A program made the position numbers and the translations under genes. A stretch of DNA of 64,000 nt from Octopus vulgaris. Its lineage: Eukaryota. Where the stretch lies: positions 57,846,001 to 57,910,000 of the forward strand of contig OX597833.1 of the NCBI GenBank assembly GCA_951406725.2, read 5' to 3'. The notes under the pieces were generated by a model. The model was not told where the DNA came from and did not search any database. It saw nothing but the letters and a program-made list of their open reading frames with translations. Within the stretch, counting starts at the first letter, position 1. Each line of letters opens with the position of its first letter. Below are positions 13,025-24,786 of this stretch, in pieces.

Positions 13025-14506
13025 TTATAATTCACTCTTGTGAAGTATATTTTGGAACGCTTTGTCATTGGCAAGGTCTTCTACTGAGTGAATGAATTCC
13101 AAAACAAATTTTTTGTATTCAGTATTTCCATTTCCATACTCATATAAATCAAGTATTATTTCCTTTATCTCCCAAATTTCTATCAAGTCTTTGTTGAAAG
13201 GAAGAAATTCTACAGCAGATTTAAGAGCCAGAACAAACTTATCCATTCCTGTACGTCTTAATTGATCTTTTTCTTCTTCATCATTTTTTTCATCTGCTTC
13301 TTCAAAATATAATCTTCCAAACAAAATGTTAAAATTAACATCATTCATTTTGATATCTGCTTTAAATCTTTCACAATACTTCCTGGCATTGTCATATTCT
13401 TTCAAAGACTTATATAATAAAATGATATCATAGAGAGCAGGGGTACTTTCATGACAAAGTTCAAGAGATTGTTCAAAGTGATATTCAGCTTTGTTGATTA
13501 ACTCATTCCTTTCTCTATGAGGAATACTTTGAGCATGTTTTAAAACTTTCGCAAATACATTCGTTTCTTTTGAGAATTGTTTGTTCATTGGGACATATGT
13601 ATATTTTGGTGTATTCATTCTCAGATAAAGTAGTCCAAGCCGATGATGAGAATATGATGTTGCTTTTATTTCAATTGCTTTTTCAAGCAATTTTCTTCCT
13701 TGTTCAAGCTGATTTGAAAGTGTATAATAATTGCTACTTTTCTCCAAAACATAGGGGTCATCAGGGGAAATATGAAGAGCTCTCTGAAAATACTTTTTAG
13801 CTGGTTGACTACGAAAATTATGAGGATTAATTTGAAACAAACCTATCAATGCTAATGTTCTTCCCATTAGGGCCGTGTCAATATGGTGTGGAAAAGCACA
13901 TTGTATTTTCTCTAAGTACTGCATTGATTCCTTAATATTTTCACGCATTTTCTCTTTATCCAAGGTCTTTCTTAAACAACGATATTGCAACAAAGCAATA
14001 GAAAACATACACAGATAATCGTCTGGACGAACGTTGAGAGACTCTTTGTAAAGTTCGACAGCTCTTTCATGATCTTCAAAAGATATAGTAGCCAAACAAT
14101 AAGCAACATTTCTTTTGCCTTCTGCTTCTATCAGCGAGAAATTTTCTCTTTCTTCAAGATTACTTATATTATCCAAAAGTTTTCTTACCTCAGAGATTTT
14201 TCCATCATACAAATGAATGAATGCAAGGTTGGTTAATGCCACCAGGTTATCTGGCTTCTTTTCTCGAACTTCATTGGCTAATTTTTCAGCTGAAAATTTA
14301 TCGTTCATCTGCCACAGAATATATACTAGGACGTTCTTTTGACGAATCTCATCTTCTAAACCAAATGAGATATCATTATTCAACGAATTTTCTACTTTTT
14401 TGTAGAGAGACGACCAAACGTCTTTGGTTTTCTCAAAACTTTCTTCCATTACATTTGGAAATCTTTTAATTCTCTCCCTATACGATTCTCTTCTACTTCC
14501 TTCATC
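13025..14506 (-). CDS. IFIT/TTC22-like TPR protein copy 2, exon 2 (493 codons plus stop; intact gene, 510 aa with exon 1)
   Basis: Open frame of TPR helices. Blocks NVLVYI, LVALTNLAFI, AVELYKESLNVRPDD, IALLQYR, PYVLEK, LLEKAIEI..SHHRLGLLY, ELINKAEYHF and YDNA follow the order of IFIT motifs. The track's MFLFQ start is intron pyrimidine tract plus CAG acceptor. Confidence 0.85.
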   Translation of the reverse strand, partial: DEGSRRESYRERIKRFPNVMEESFEKTKDVWSSLYKKVENSLNNDISFGLEDEIRQKNVLVYILWQMNDKFSAEKLANEVREKKPDNLVALTNLAFIHLYDGKISEVRKLLDNISNLEERENFSLIEAEGKRNVAYCLATISFEDHERAVELYKESLNVRPDDYLCMFSIALLQYRCLRKTLDKEKMRENIKESMQYLEKIQCAFPHHIDTALMGRTLALIGLFQINPHNFRSQPAKKYFQRALHISPDDPYVLEKSSNYYTLSNQLEQGRKLLEKAIEIKATSYSHHRLGLLYLRMNTPKYTYVPMNKQFSKETNVFAKVLKHAQSIPHRERNELINKAEYHFEQSLELCHESTPALYDIILLYKSLKEYDNARKYCERFKADIKMNDVNFNILFGRLYFEEADEKNDEEEKDQLRRTGMDKFVLALKSAVEFLPFNKDLIEIWEIKEIILDLYEYGNGNTEYKKFVLEFIHSVEDLANDKAFQNILHKSEL

Positions 14507-14890
14507 CTGAAATAAAAACAAAATGATTGCGTATGAAATATGATATTACACATTATCATTGACAAAAAGATATTCTCCAATTTTCGATTTTTAGTTAATG
14601 AAACAATGTCAAAACCTTCCTAGTCTGATACGGTTGATGTAGTGGCTGAGCATTTTGGATTCGAATGTTCGATGTTTTGAATATACGCACAGAAAACTGA
14701 GCGTAAATACGTGAGAGAACAATGTAAGGGGTGTGTTTGACAGAGTGATAAATGCATCATCATCATCATCATCATCATCATCGTCAACATCAACAACAAC
14801 AACAATATGAAGGACAGGCTGTTGCAGATCACTTATAATATGTAATATAATATGATATAACACTTTCTCACACACACATACACACACGCG

Positions 14891-16120
14891 CAAAAATAAT
14901 GGAAACACCTAGCATCATAACATCATAATTTTGAGATATTTATAAAATCGTCAAAACGTTTTTTGATTTATTATTAGTGTTGCTTAATATGTTTTGCTAA
15001 AATTGCTTTTTCTTTTCAGATTTCATCAAAGTCAGGTAATTAAAATTCATTAAGATGACAGATCTATCGGAGTTTCAAAGCGGTCAAATTGTTGGTGCTC
15101 GTATAGCAGGCGCTAGCGTAACGAAAACAGCTGAAATGCTTGGTGTATCAAGAAGTCTCGAAAGTAATGACAGCCTTTGAGAAAGAGGAAAAAAACCTCC
15201 TCGTTGAAACAAAACTCCAGAAGAAAACCAAAACTTCCAGATAGGGACCGTTGGATTCTTATGCGAATTATTAGAAAGAATCACAAAAGTACAGCTCCCT
15301 AAATTACTGTAGAGCTTAATGACCACCTCGAGAACCCGGTTTCCACAAGAACAGTTCGCCGGGAGCTACAAAAGGCAGGATTTCAAGGGAGGGCTACAGT
15401 CAAGAAAACCACTACTTTCAAAAACAAACGTTGCAAAGCGTTTAGAGTGGAGTAAAAATCTACAGAATTGGTCCCCAGAGCAGTGGATGAATGTTATTTT
15501 CTCGGACGAGTCATCCTTTACCTTTTTTCCGACCACGAGTGTACTTGTGGAGTCAGCCGAAAGAAGCATTTGACCCAGACTGCTTTCTTCTATTAAACAT
15601 GGAAGAGGATCTGCAATGATGATCTTTGGGGGCTATATCTTGGAAATCCGCTGGCCCAATGAATTTCCTTCATGGCAGAATTAATAGACATGACTATTTA
15701 AGCATTTTATCTAATCAAATTCATCCAGTGGTTGCAGAACTGTTTCCGGAGCGAAATGCAATTTTTCAGAATGATAATGCACCAATTCACACAGCTAAAG
15801 TTGTTACTGAATGGTACGAGGAACATTTTAGTGAGGTTGAACATCTTATATGGCCACCACAGTCCCCAGGTCTCAATATTATTGAACACTTATTGTGCAT
15901 TTTAGAAAAATAAGGAAGGAGCCGATATCCTCCACTATCATCACTACAAGAACTGGAGACTATTTGAACAAAAATTCCTTTGGAAAGAATTCAAACTTTG
16001 TACAAGTCCATATCTTGTAGAATTCAACTTGTAATTACTGCCAAATATCAAAATTACTGCCATATCAAAATAAAGTTGTTTGAAATGTTAATGTGTTTCC
16101 ATTATATTGTCCAACCCCTG
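14891..16120 (+). mobile_element. Tc1/mariner remnant in the intron of copy 2
   Basis: Same element as 1411-2640 (VIFSDES, FQNDNAPIH, SPGLNIIE; TIR followed by TA). Confidence 0.9.
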
Positions 16121-16350
16121 TATAGGCTGAAACTGAAATCGCCGCACATTGAAACCGAACCCAGTAGCACAGGGTTGAGAAACAACTTTTATACCTCACA
16201 ACTACGCTTATAAGTATATAACACACACATATACACGCACACATACACTCGCACCTACACATTTATTTATATTCATATATACATACATGTGTGTGTGTGT
16301 GTGCGCGCGTCTCCGAAAAGCAGCGAAATTATATATTTCTGTACAATTAA

Positions 16351-16743
16351 TCTCTCTCTATATAAAGCTGAAGTTGTCTGTGTATGGAAGGTTTGGTAGC
16401 CTTCAACTAACACTATCTCCTCCGAGACCCTGCGGCACAAGTTGACCAAAATTGAGAGTATGATAGAAGAAGGCTTGCTCTTCCTTCCGTAGAAGAAAAT
16501 ATTCAAATCGGAGCATGTTAACAACAACAATTATTTACATGAAAAAGGTGTTTTTTTTCTATGAAAATCCTTATTTTTGACGATTTTTTTGACTGCTCTG
16601 TCGCCATTTCTCGGTGTTTTTCAAACGGAGAAATGTTCACTTAAAGAGAATAACAAGCTACATAATGCAAAATTTTAACTTTTCGAAAATTCCAATTCTA
16701 AAGGATCGAAAGAAATCCGAGCAACGCCGGGTTATACTGCCAG
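16351..16743 (+). mobile_element. Non-autonomous Helitron (3' CTAG mutated to CCAG)
   Basis: Homologous to 2871-3263. Confidence 0.7.
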
Positions 16744-17041
16744 TCTTCTATAAAATTGCATCACTATACTAAAAACTTACATGTATAAACGCTGCACTCA
16801 ATTTTAATACAGAGAAAAGGAATTTTACAATTTTATTTCAAGGGAACTAACTCAGTTAAACACACGTTTATATTGTCTCCCGTGTTTTATTAATCATGGC
16901 AACCTTTCCTTAACTATCATACACAAACCATAAAAGATTTATTCCCCTTCGATGTTCATTTTTTTTTTCTCACGAAAACACGACAGAAAATGAATCTTTT
17001 TGATTGCTGTTGTAGCGGTCATAAGACTTTATCAGCAGCTT

Positions 17042-17472
17042 GGGATCTTTTCGGTTTGAACGGCAGTTTTTTTCTAGCGGTATCATATGAAATTGTCACC
17101 CATAATTATGACCCTAGTATCGATCTATTGCATTTCAATCTCTTTTAGGGTTAGGGTTAGGGTCAGGGTTAAGGGTGGGGGAAGGGTATCTTTTTTTTCT
17201 TCACAAATGTAAATAAACCCAATCTGTTTCTTAAACGAGGGACATATTCATACGGCACACAATGCTTTTTAACTCAATAGACGTCACTGATTGGTTGAAA
17301 TTGCAGAAATTGAAGGCTAAAAACAACAAATATCTTACAAACAATAGAATTTTCTAAATAAAGTCAAGAGAAAACGATGTTTTATAAACACATTCTACCA
17401 GTATACGAAGTTTAAAATTTTTAGTTACCTAGAAATTATTTTAAAAACTGCCGTTCAAACCGAAAAGATCCC
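17042..17472. mobile_element. MITE (gggatcttttcggtttgaac TIR)
   Basis: TIRs at both ends. Confidence 0.8.
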
Positions 17473-17651
17473 AGGGAGTTTTTGACCTCTAATTGCTTGG
17501 GTAATTGCTTGGATAATATCAGGTTATCAAATTTATCATAGGTTCGAAAAGAAATTGGATCAGTTATTTAGAAAATTTGAAACTTTTCTATTGTGGAAAC
17601 ATTCTACGTAAGAAATATTTCTCAAGTTGACAATGGATAAGATTGAAGACA

Positions 17652-17732
<81 letters not shown>

Positions 17733-17841
17733 GGTATGTGTTTGTTTGTGTGTGTATGTGTGTGTTTTTGTGAGCGTTCGCCCGATCGAGTGTGTGTGTG
17801 TCTGTGACTATAGGTGTGACTGTATGCACGTGCGTCTCTGA

Positions 17842-17920
<79 letters not shown>

Positions 17921-18938
17921 TGTATGAGTGTGTATGGTGTGTGAGTGTGCGCACTCCCGATCGAGTGTGTGTATGTCTGTGACTGTATGCGTGTGCGTCT
18001 CTGACTGTGTGTGTGTGTGTGTGTGCGTGTGCACGCGAGCACCCTTTACCATTACTCGACTGTGTGCGTGCGTGAGTATGTATACCCCACTGTAGATTCT
18101 GGAGAATGTGTGAGAGTGTATATACACTTGTCTGTGTGTGACTAGTGTATGTGTGTTTAATGAAACTGAAAAACCATTTAAATAAACAATGGAATTCATT
18201 TTCCCCACAACAATTTCGAAAGCTAATAACTAGATGATGCTACGCTACCAAATCAATGATCGGTTATTCTTCTCTTATTATGGTTGCGTTACGATAAAAT
18301 TCTAAAATTTGGTTTCAAATGTGGCTACTTACCATTGGCAAGCTATTTATTTCATTAGAATTTGCCACGAGGGCAGTACATAGATGAGTAGCTGCGGGCT
18401 GGTCAAAAGCATCAATGAGATGAGGATGATAATGATGAACAAAAATGGGAGGGCCACTGGCCCGCCGACCAATAACCCCTCGAATACAAAGTTTCTTTAC
18501 TAACATTTTTTACAACAAAAATTTTTACAACAAAAAATTTTACACCAAAAAATTTTTACAACAAAATTTTTACAACAAAAATTTTCTTAGAATTTTCTTT
18601 GTCAGGTCCCCCGAACTAATTGAACTGCCACCTGCAGACAACTCTGCATCGACAGGTCGCGGCCTGAAAAGAGAAAAGCAAATTCTTTCTTGTCAAAGGT
18701 CGCTGTGACCTTTGACAAAGTTTTTTCCGTGACCGCCTCCGCAGCCACTTACCACACAGCCACTCCTATTGTGCATTTGGGGAGTGTATTTTGCCTTGTG
18801 TACATACATGTGTGTGTGAGTGTGTGCATGAATGTATGTATGTATGTATATATTTATAGATTGAAGGCTTCGAATGATTTGTCTGTGTTCCGTGTTTGTC
18901 CCTTCCTGTATTTCACGTTCTTTATATATAAAACATTT

Positions 18939-18979
<41 letters not shown>

Positions 18980-19072
18980 TATATAATTAGGGCTTAGTAA
19001 AATAAATTACTTTATATGTATATAAATATATACATACATACATTCATGCACACACTCACACACACATGTATT

Positions 19073-19133
<61 letters not shown>

Positions 19134-19137
<4 letters not shown>

Positions 19138-19502
19138 AGGAGTGGCTGTGTGGTAAGTAGCTTGCTTAACAACCACATGATTCCGGGTTCAGTCCCACTG
19201 CATGGCATCTTGGGCGCAAGTGTCTTCTACTATAGCCTTGTGATTTGGTAGACGGAAACTGAAAGAAGCCCGTCGTATATATGTATATATATATATCTGT
19301 GTGTATTTGTGTGTCTGTGCTTGGCAACCGATGCTGGTGTGTTTATGTCCCCGTTACTTAGTGGTTCGGCAAAAGAGACCTATAGAATAAGTACTGGGCT
19401 TACAAAAGAATAAGTCCCGGTGTCGAGTTGCTTGATTAAAGGCGGTGCTCTAGCATGGCTGCGGTCAAATGACTGAAACAAGTAAAAGAGTAAAAGAGAG
19501 AG
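19134..19502 (+). mobile_element. tRNA-derived SINE ending ~50 bp from the exon-1 donor
   Basis: A/B boxes, family body and gtaaaaga tail. Confidence 0.85.
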
Positions 19503-19550
19503 TATAGGGTGTACATTTGTTCATGTGAGTGTATATATTGATATACTCAC

Positions 19551-19601
19551 CAGTAGAATTTCCTGCATTTTCCCAGTTATTTTCTGCATTTCTTCAGCCA
19601 T
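19551..19601 (-). CDS. IFIT/TTC22-like gene copy 2, exon 1 (MAEEMQKITGKMQEILL)
   Basis: ggaATGG start, exactly 17 codons, then CTG|GTGAGT donor. Phase 0 matches the exon-2 acceptor. Conserved in copies 3 and 4. Confidence 0.8.
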
Positions 19602-19774
19602 TCCTTTATAGCTGTGTGTGTATAAAAAGGCAAATTTTCTTTGGACAACAAAATCTGTACGTTTTCTTTTTGTGAAATTATGCTTTCTGTTGTATTCGTG
19701 AAGTGAAGAAAGGTCAATTTGTAGATATGATATAATGAATAATAACAGTCAATATCTATATCCAATCTCTATCC

Positions 19775-20432
19775 AAGCTTCTCAGAAGGGTAAATATATG
19801 GCAACGAATATTATATACAGAGACTGTGTGTCACTTTTTGTGCAAGTGTTCCTTTCTGGAAACCAGGTCCTATAGGAATGCTGGAAGTTGTGAAGGGATT
19901 AATAAAGTAAAATAGTCGAGATTGAAGAAGTAAAATAATTCAGAAATAATAAATCTGTTTTGGGAGTCTCAGAAAATAATAACAACGCCCGTTAATGTCA
20001 CCAACTAAATGAGTAAAAGTGAAAGACTTCTCTGAAAACACGTCACATCAGAATTGACCTTCCCGAATTCTGGTGAATCGGAATTACGTGTCAAAAGTGG
20101 AAGTAAAACATCTCTCTATTGTTATGTCAGATACTTTCACTTTAATATTGAAACAATTAAAATGAAACTATTATGTAACAGGGATGAACTGTAACTGGAC
20201 ATACATTCTGCTAGACTTGCTTAGGGTCCATGTAGTGTCATGAGGAAAAAAAAATTTAACTTCTTGCCTAGGGCGAGCCAACAGCAATATCGTATCCTCT
20301 CTACTATTTCAGTATTACGTGTCAAAATCGAAAGAAAAACATTTCTCTGTTGTAATGTCAGATACTTTCACTTAAATACTGAAACTATTATATAACAGGG
20401 ATGAACTGTAACTGGACATCCATTCTGCTAGA
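19775..20432 (-). promoter_or_regulatory. Putative IRF/STAT-responsive upstream region of copy 2
   Basis: TTCTCAGAA 19779-19787; AAAAGTGAAAG 20015-20025; TTCTCTGAA 20028-20036; ACTTTCACTTT 20133-20143; AAAATGAAACT ~20159-20169; ACTTTCACTT 20364-20373. Confidence 0.6.
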
Positions 20433-20626
20433 AGAAGATCCGCCATGGTCTTATATGCTACACCACTGGTTTTAAATTTTTACTAATCAAATTAATATTC
20501 AATTTTTTACTCTTATTATTATTTTAAATATATATATTTACATATATATATATATATATATACATGTATACATATAGATGTATATATATAGAGAGATGTA
20601 TATATTTATATGTATGTATATGTATA

Positions 20627-20931
20627 TCTTTCTATATAAAATTCAAGTTGTGTGTGTGAGACTCTGTCTCCTGCAATTTTGATTCCCAAATACTCCCACA
20701 TTTTGCGGTGCAATTTAGCCAAAAGCGGGTATGTTATAGTCGTCATTCATATTGAACCCTTCTGCGTATTAGCGCCAATCTACGATGAGTTTACGATTTT
20801 AAAAAAATTTACCATCATTTCTTCGAATTTTTAATGATTTTTGCTCGGGTTATATAAGGGAAGTAACTCTCTAAAATGCTTATATAGTTATTTCCTTTAC
20901 AATGCCGAGCAAAGCCGGGCGATACTGCTAG
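20627..20931 (+). mobile_element. Non-autonomous Helitron (second family)
   Basis: 5' TC...; 3' hairpin gccgagcaaagccgggc followed by CTAG|T. Same family on the minus strand at 59822-60217. Confidence 0.75.
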
Positions 20932-20954
20932 TATATATATATATATATATATAT

Positions 20955-22101
20955 CTGTTTTAGGGTTAGAGTTAGGGTTGGGGGTTGGGTTAGGGTTAGT
21001 GTTAAGGTTAGGGTTAGGGTTTAGGTTAGGGTTAGGAGTGGGGGGAAGGGTAGCTTTTTTATTTCAGAAATGTAAATAAAACCAATCTGTTTCTTAAACG
21101 AGGGACATTTTCGTATTTCAACGCCATAAAATTTTACGGCAGATAATGTTTTCACCTCAATAGACGTCATTGATTGGTTGAAATTGCCAAAATTGAAGAA
21201 AACATCTTACCAATATCTTACAAGCTACATAATTTTTTCCAGAGAGCCAAGAGAAAGAGATGGGATGTTTTCGGTTTGAACGGCAGTTTTTTTCTAGCAT
21301 GTCATATGAAATTGTCACCGTAATTATGACCCTAGTATCGATCTATTGCATTTCAATCTCTTTTAGGGTTAGGGTTAGGGGTGGAAGAAGGGTATCTATT
21401 TTTCTTCACAAATGTAAATAAACCCAATCTGGGACATATTCATACCGCACAGAATGTTTTCAGCTCAATAGACATCATTGATTGGTTGAAATTGCAGAAA
21501 TTGAAGGAAAAAAACAACAAATATCTTACAAACTATAGAATTTTCTCAAGAAAGCCAAGAGAAAAAGATGTTTTATAAACACATTCTACCAGAATACGAA
21601 GTTTAAAAGTGTTTAGTTACTCTCTCTCTCTTTTACTCTTTTACTTTTTCAGTCATTTGACTGCGGCCATGCTGGAGCACCGCCTTTAATCGAGCAACTC
21701 CCCGGGACTTATTCTTTTGTAAGCCCAGTACTTATTCTATAGGTCTCTTTTGCCGAACCGCTAAGTGACGGGGACTTAGACACACCAGCATCGGTTGTCA
21801 AGCAATGCTAGGGTGGAAAACACGGACACACAAACATACACACACACATATACACATATATACATATATACGTCAAGCATCTTTCAGTTTCCGTCTACCA
21901 AATCCACTCACAAGGCTTTGGTCGGCCCGAGGCTATAGTAGAAGACACTTGCCCAAGGTGCCACACAGTGGGACTGAACCTGGAAGCATGTGGTTGGTAA
22001 ACAAGCTACTTACCATGTGGTTGGTAAACAAGCTACTTACCACACAGCAACTCCTACGTGGGAATTATTTTTGAAAACTGCCGTTCAAACCGAAAAGATC
22101 C
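20955..22101. mobile_element. Nested MITEs with a degenerate (TTAGGG)n tract and a minus-strand SINE insertion (~21620-22038)
   Basis: TIRs at 21262 and 22101; telomere-like repeats at 20959-21036; SINE body visible. Confidence 0.7.
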
Positions 22102-22247
22102 AATGTCATTTATAAACGAGTAACCTGGATACGTTTATTAAATACCTAGAAACCAGAAACAACTAAAAACGAAACGGAAAGCAAATAGTGATTCATATAA
22201 ATTCCTCGAATATTATCAAATTAGAAAAAAAAAGACATATTTAAATA

Positions 22248-22414
22248 GGCGTAGGAGTGGCTTTGAGTTAAGTAGCTTGGTTACGAACTACATGGTTCCG
22301 AGTTCAGTCCCACTGCGTGGCACCTTGGGCAACTGTCTTCTACTATAGCTTCGGGCCAACCAAATACTTGTGAATGGATTTGGTAGACGGAAACTGAAAG
22401 AAGCCCGTGTCGTA

Positions 22415-22477
<63 letters not shown>

Positions 22478-22549
22478 ATGCGTTTGTCGTCCCAACATCG
22501 CTTCACAACCGATGCTGGTGTGTTTACATCCCCGTAACCTAGCGGTTCG
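22248..22549 (+). mobile_element. tRNA-derived SINE, 3'-truncated
   Basis: Homologous to 10120-10387. Confidence 0.8.
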
Positions 22550-22614
22550 TAACTAATTGGTAAAATCATTGATTAATAATTAATTGATTAATTTTACCCT
22601 TTTTTATTATTGAT

Positions 22615-22691
<77 letters not shown>

Positions 22692-22696
<5 letters not shown>

Positions 22697-24753
22697 GAGA
22701 TTGAATCTCTGTCTACTTCTGAAATAGATGCTGAGAACATTGAAGAAGTATACAGCAGCCTCATCAAATCAACAGAGGAAGTTGCACTAGCAACTCTTCC
22801 CAAAAAGAAGAGTAGGGGCCAGAGCAAACCTTCTAATTCCCCAAATGTCATCGAAGCCAGAAACCATCTAAAGTCTATATCACTAGCTTACCACCGTTCT
22901 CCATCCCAGTCACTGAAGATCCAACTCATAGCTGCCAAGAAGAATCTAGATGAGGCTTACTTGAACGCCGAGGCCGACTTTATTAATGGCAAAATTAGTA
23001 AACTATGCAAAGAGCACATTAGTAAAAAACACCATCTTGCCTAGAAATCCATCAAAGACCTATCAGGCAAAAATTCTGGGTCATCAATTAGAATTAAAGG
23101 GGGATCAGCTAAGAAGCGTTTAGAAAATTGGTCAACCCATTTTAAAAACCTCCTTGGGAAGAATGCCAAAATCCCTGATAACCCCACTCTTCCAAGTGTG
23201 CCTATATCAGACACGCTGGACATCAACACCTCCCCTTTTGCCATATTTGAACTAACAGCAGCCACCAAGCAACTAAAAGCCTCGAAAGCATTTGGTCCCG
23301 ACAACATCCCAGCTGTAATTTGGAAGGATGATAGATTTCACACACTTTTGCTCAACCTCTGCAACCACACACTTTCCACCTTTGTCGCTCCAAAGATTTG
23401 GCACCAATCTCAAATCATTCCAATACCCAAAAAAGGCGATTTATCCCTCGTCACCAACTACAGAGGTATATCTCTAATGTCAATTGCTGCAAAACTGTAC
23501 AACAAACTGATCCTAAATCGTCTTGTCCTTTTTGTTGAACCTTTGCTCCGAAGGAACCAAAATGGATTCAGACATGGGCGCTCAACGCTGAGCCAGATAC
23601 TATGCCTACGCAGACTTATTGAAGAATCAAAAGCATTTAATCGCGATCTTGCAATGGTATTTGTAGACTTCTCTAAAGCGTTCGATTCTGTAGATAGGTA
23701 CAAGATGTTTGAAATCCTTAAGCTCTATGGGATACCAGACAAAATCATTTCTACCATCAAGGCCCTCTACACAGATACGTCTTCAACCATCTTAACCCCT
23801 GACGGAGAAACATCATCTTTCTCAATCAAAGCCGGAATACTGCAGGGAGACACACTCGCCCCATTTCTTTTCATCATTGTTGTTGATTATGTGCTACGTA
23901 TGTCAGTTGATACCATCTCTGGCAAGGGCTTTGAAATAAAACCAAGAAGAAGTTCCAGACACCCAGCTGAGTACTTGACAGACACTGACTTTGCTGACGA
24001 CATCGCTCTTATCAGTGATTCTCTCTCCAATGCCCAGTCTCTTTTACAATCTCTTGAACAAGCCTCAAATTGTGTAGGTCTTTACCTCAATGAGGCCAAA
24101 ACTGAATACATAAACAAGTGCCTGTCCAACAGTGATTGCATCATCCATACTCTCAACAACGCGCCCTTAAATATGGTTTCTGATTATAAATATCTTGGGT
24201 CATACATATCATCATCTGGAAAAGAGTTTCTAACTAGAAAGGGTATGGCCTGGTCAGCCTGTAATGATATGCATAAGATCTAGTCATCAAATCTAAGTAG
24301 AGACTTCAAACTTGAAATATTCAAAGCCACAGTCGAACCAATTCTACTATATGGCTCAGAAACCTGGACGTTATCAAAGAGGCTTGAGAGGCGGTTGGAT
24401 GGAACCTACACTCGCCTCCTTATGAGAGCTCAAAATCTCTCGTGGAAGCGCCATCCAACCAAAATGCAAATATATGGGAAACTACTACCCGTGTCATCTC
24501 TTGTGAAAGGTAGGAGAGTCCAGTTTGCTGGACATTGTTGTAGAGCTGAAAAAGAAGTAATTTCTACTCTTCTCCTCTGGAAGCCATCTACTCGCAATAC
24601 CAGAGGGCGCACACTCTCCTACCCTGATGTAATCTCCAGGGATACAGGCATCCAGCAACAGGACCTCCGTAATGCCATGATGGACCGTGAAGTCTGGCGT
24701 AGCATGGTAAATTCCATTGTCTCGATCACGGTCGAACAATGATGATGATGATG
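22692..24753 (+). mobile_element. 5'-truncated RTE-type LINE (RT domain) inserted in (TA)n
   Basis: KAFGPDNIP, IPKKGDLS, NYRGISL, QNGFRHGRST, FVDFSKAFDSV, GILQGDTLAP, FADDI. One frame interrupted by two TAG stops (~23042, ~24281). Short (GAT)n tail right after the stop. Absent from the other units. Confidence 0.9.

Positions 24754-24786
<33 letters not shown>

Noticed and set aside
13025-19601. Assigning a specific symbol (IFIT5 or TTC22)
   Set aside because: Similarity was judged by eye and is mixed between the two families; orthology needs a phylogeny.
19606-19611. TATAAA on the minus strand just upstream of the exon-1 ATG
   Set aside because: Only a few nt from the ATG, too close to be a TATA box for this mRNA.
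19577-19765. 62-aa minus ORF MDIDIDCYY... conserved at 35703 and 52438
   Set aside because: It has a non-ATG start and overlaps exon 1 out of frame; duplication explains the conservation.
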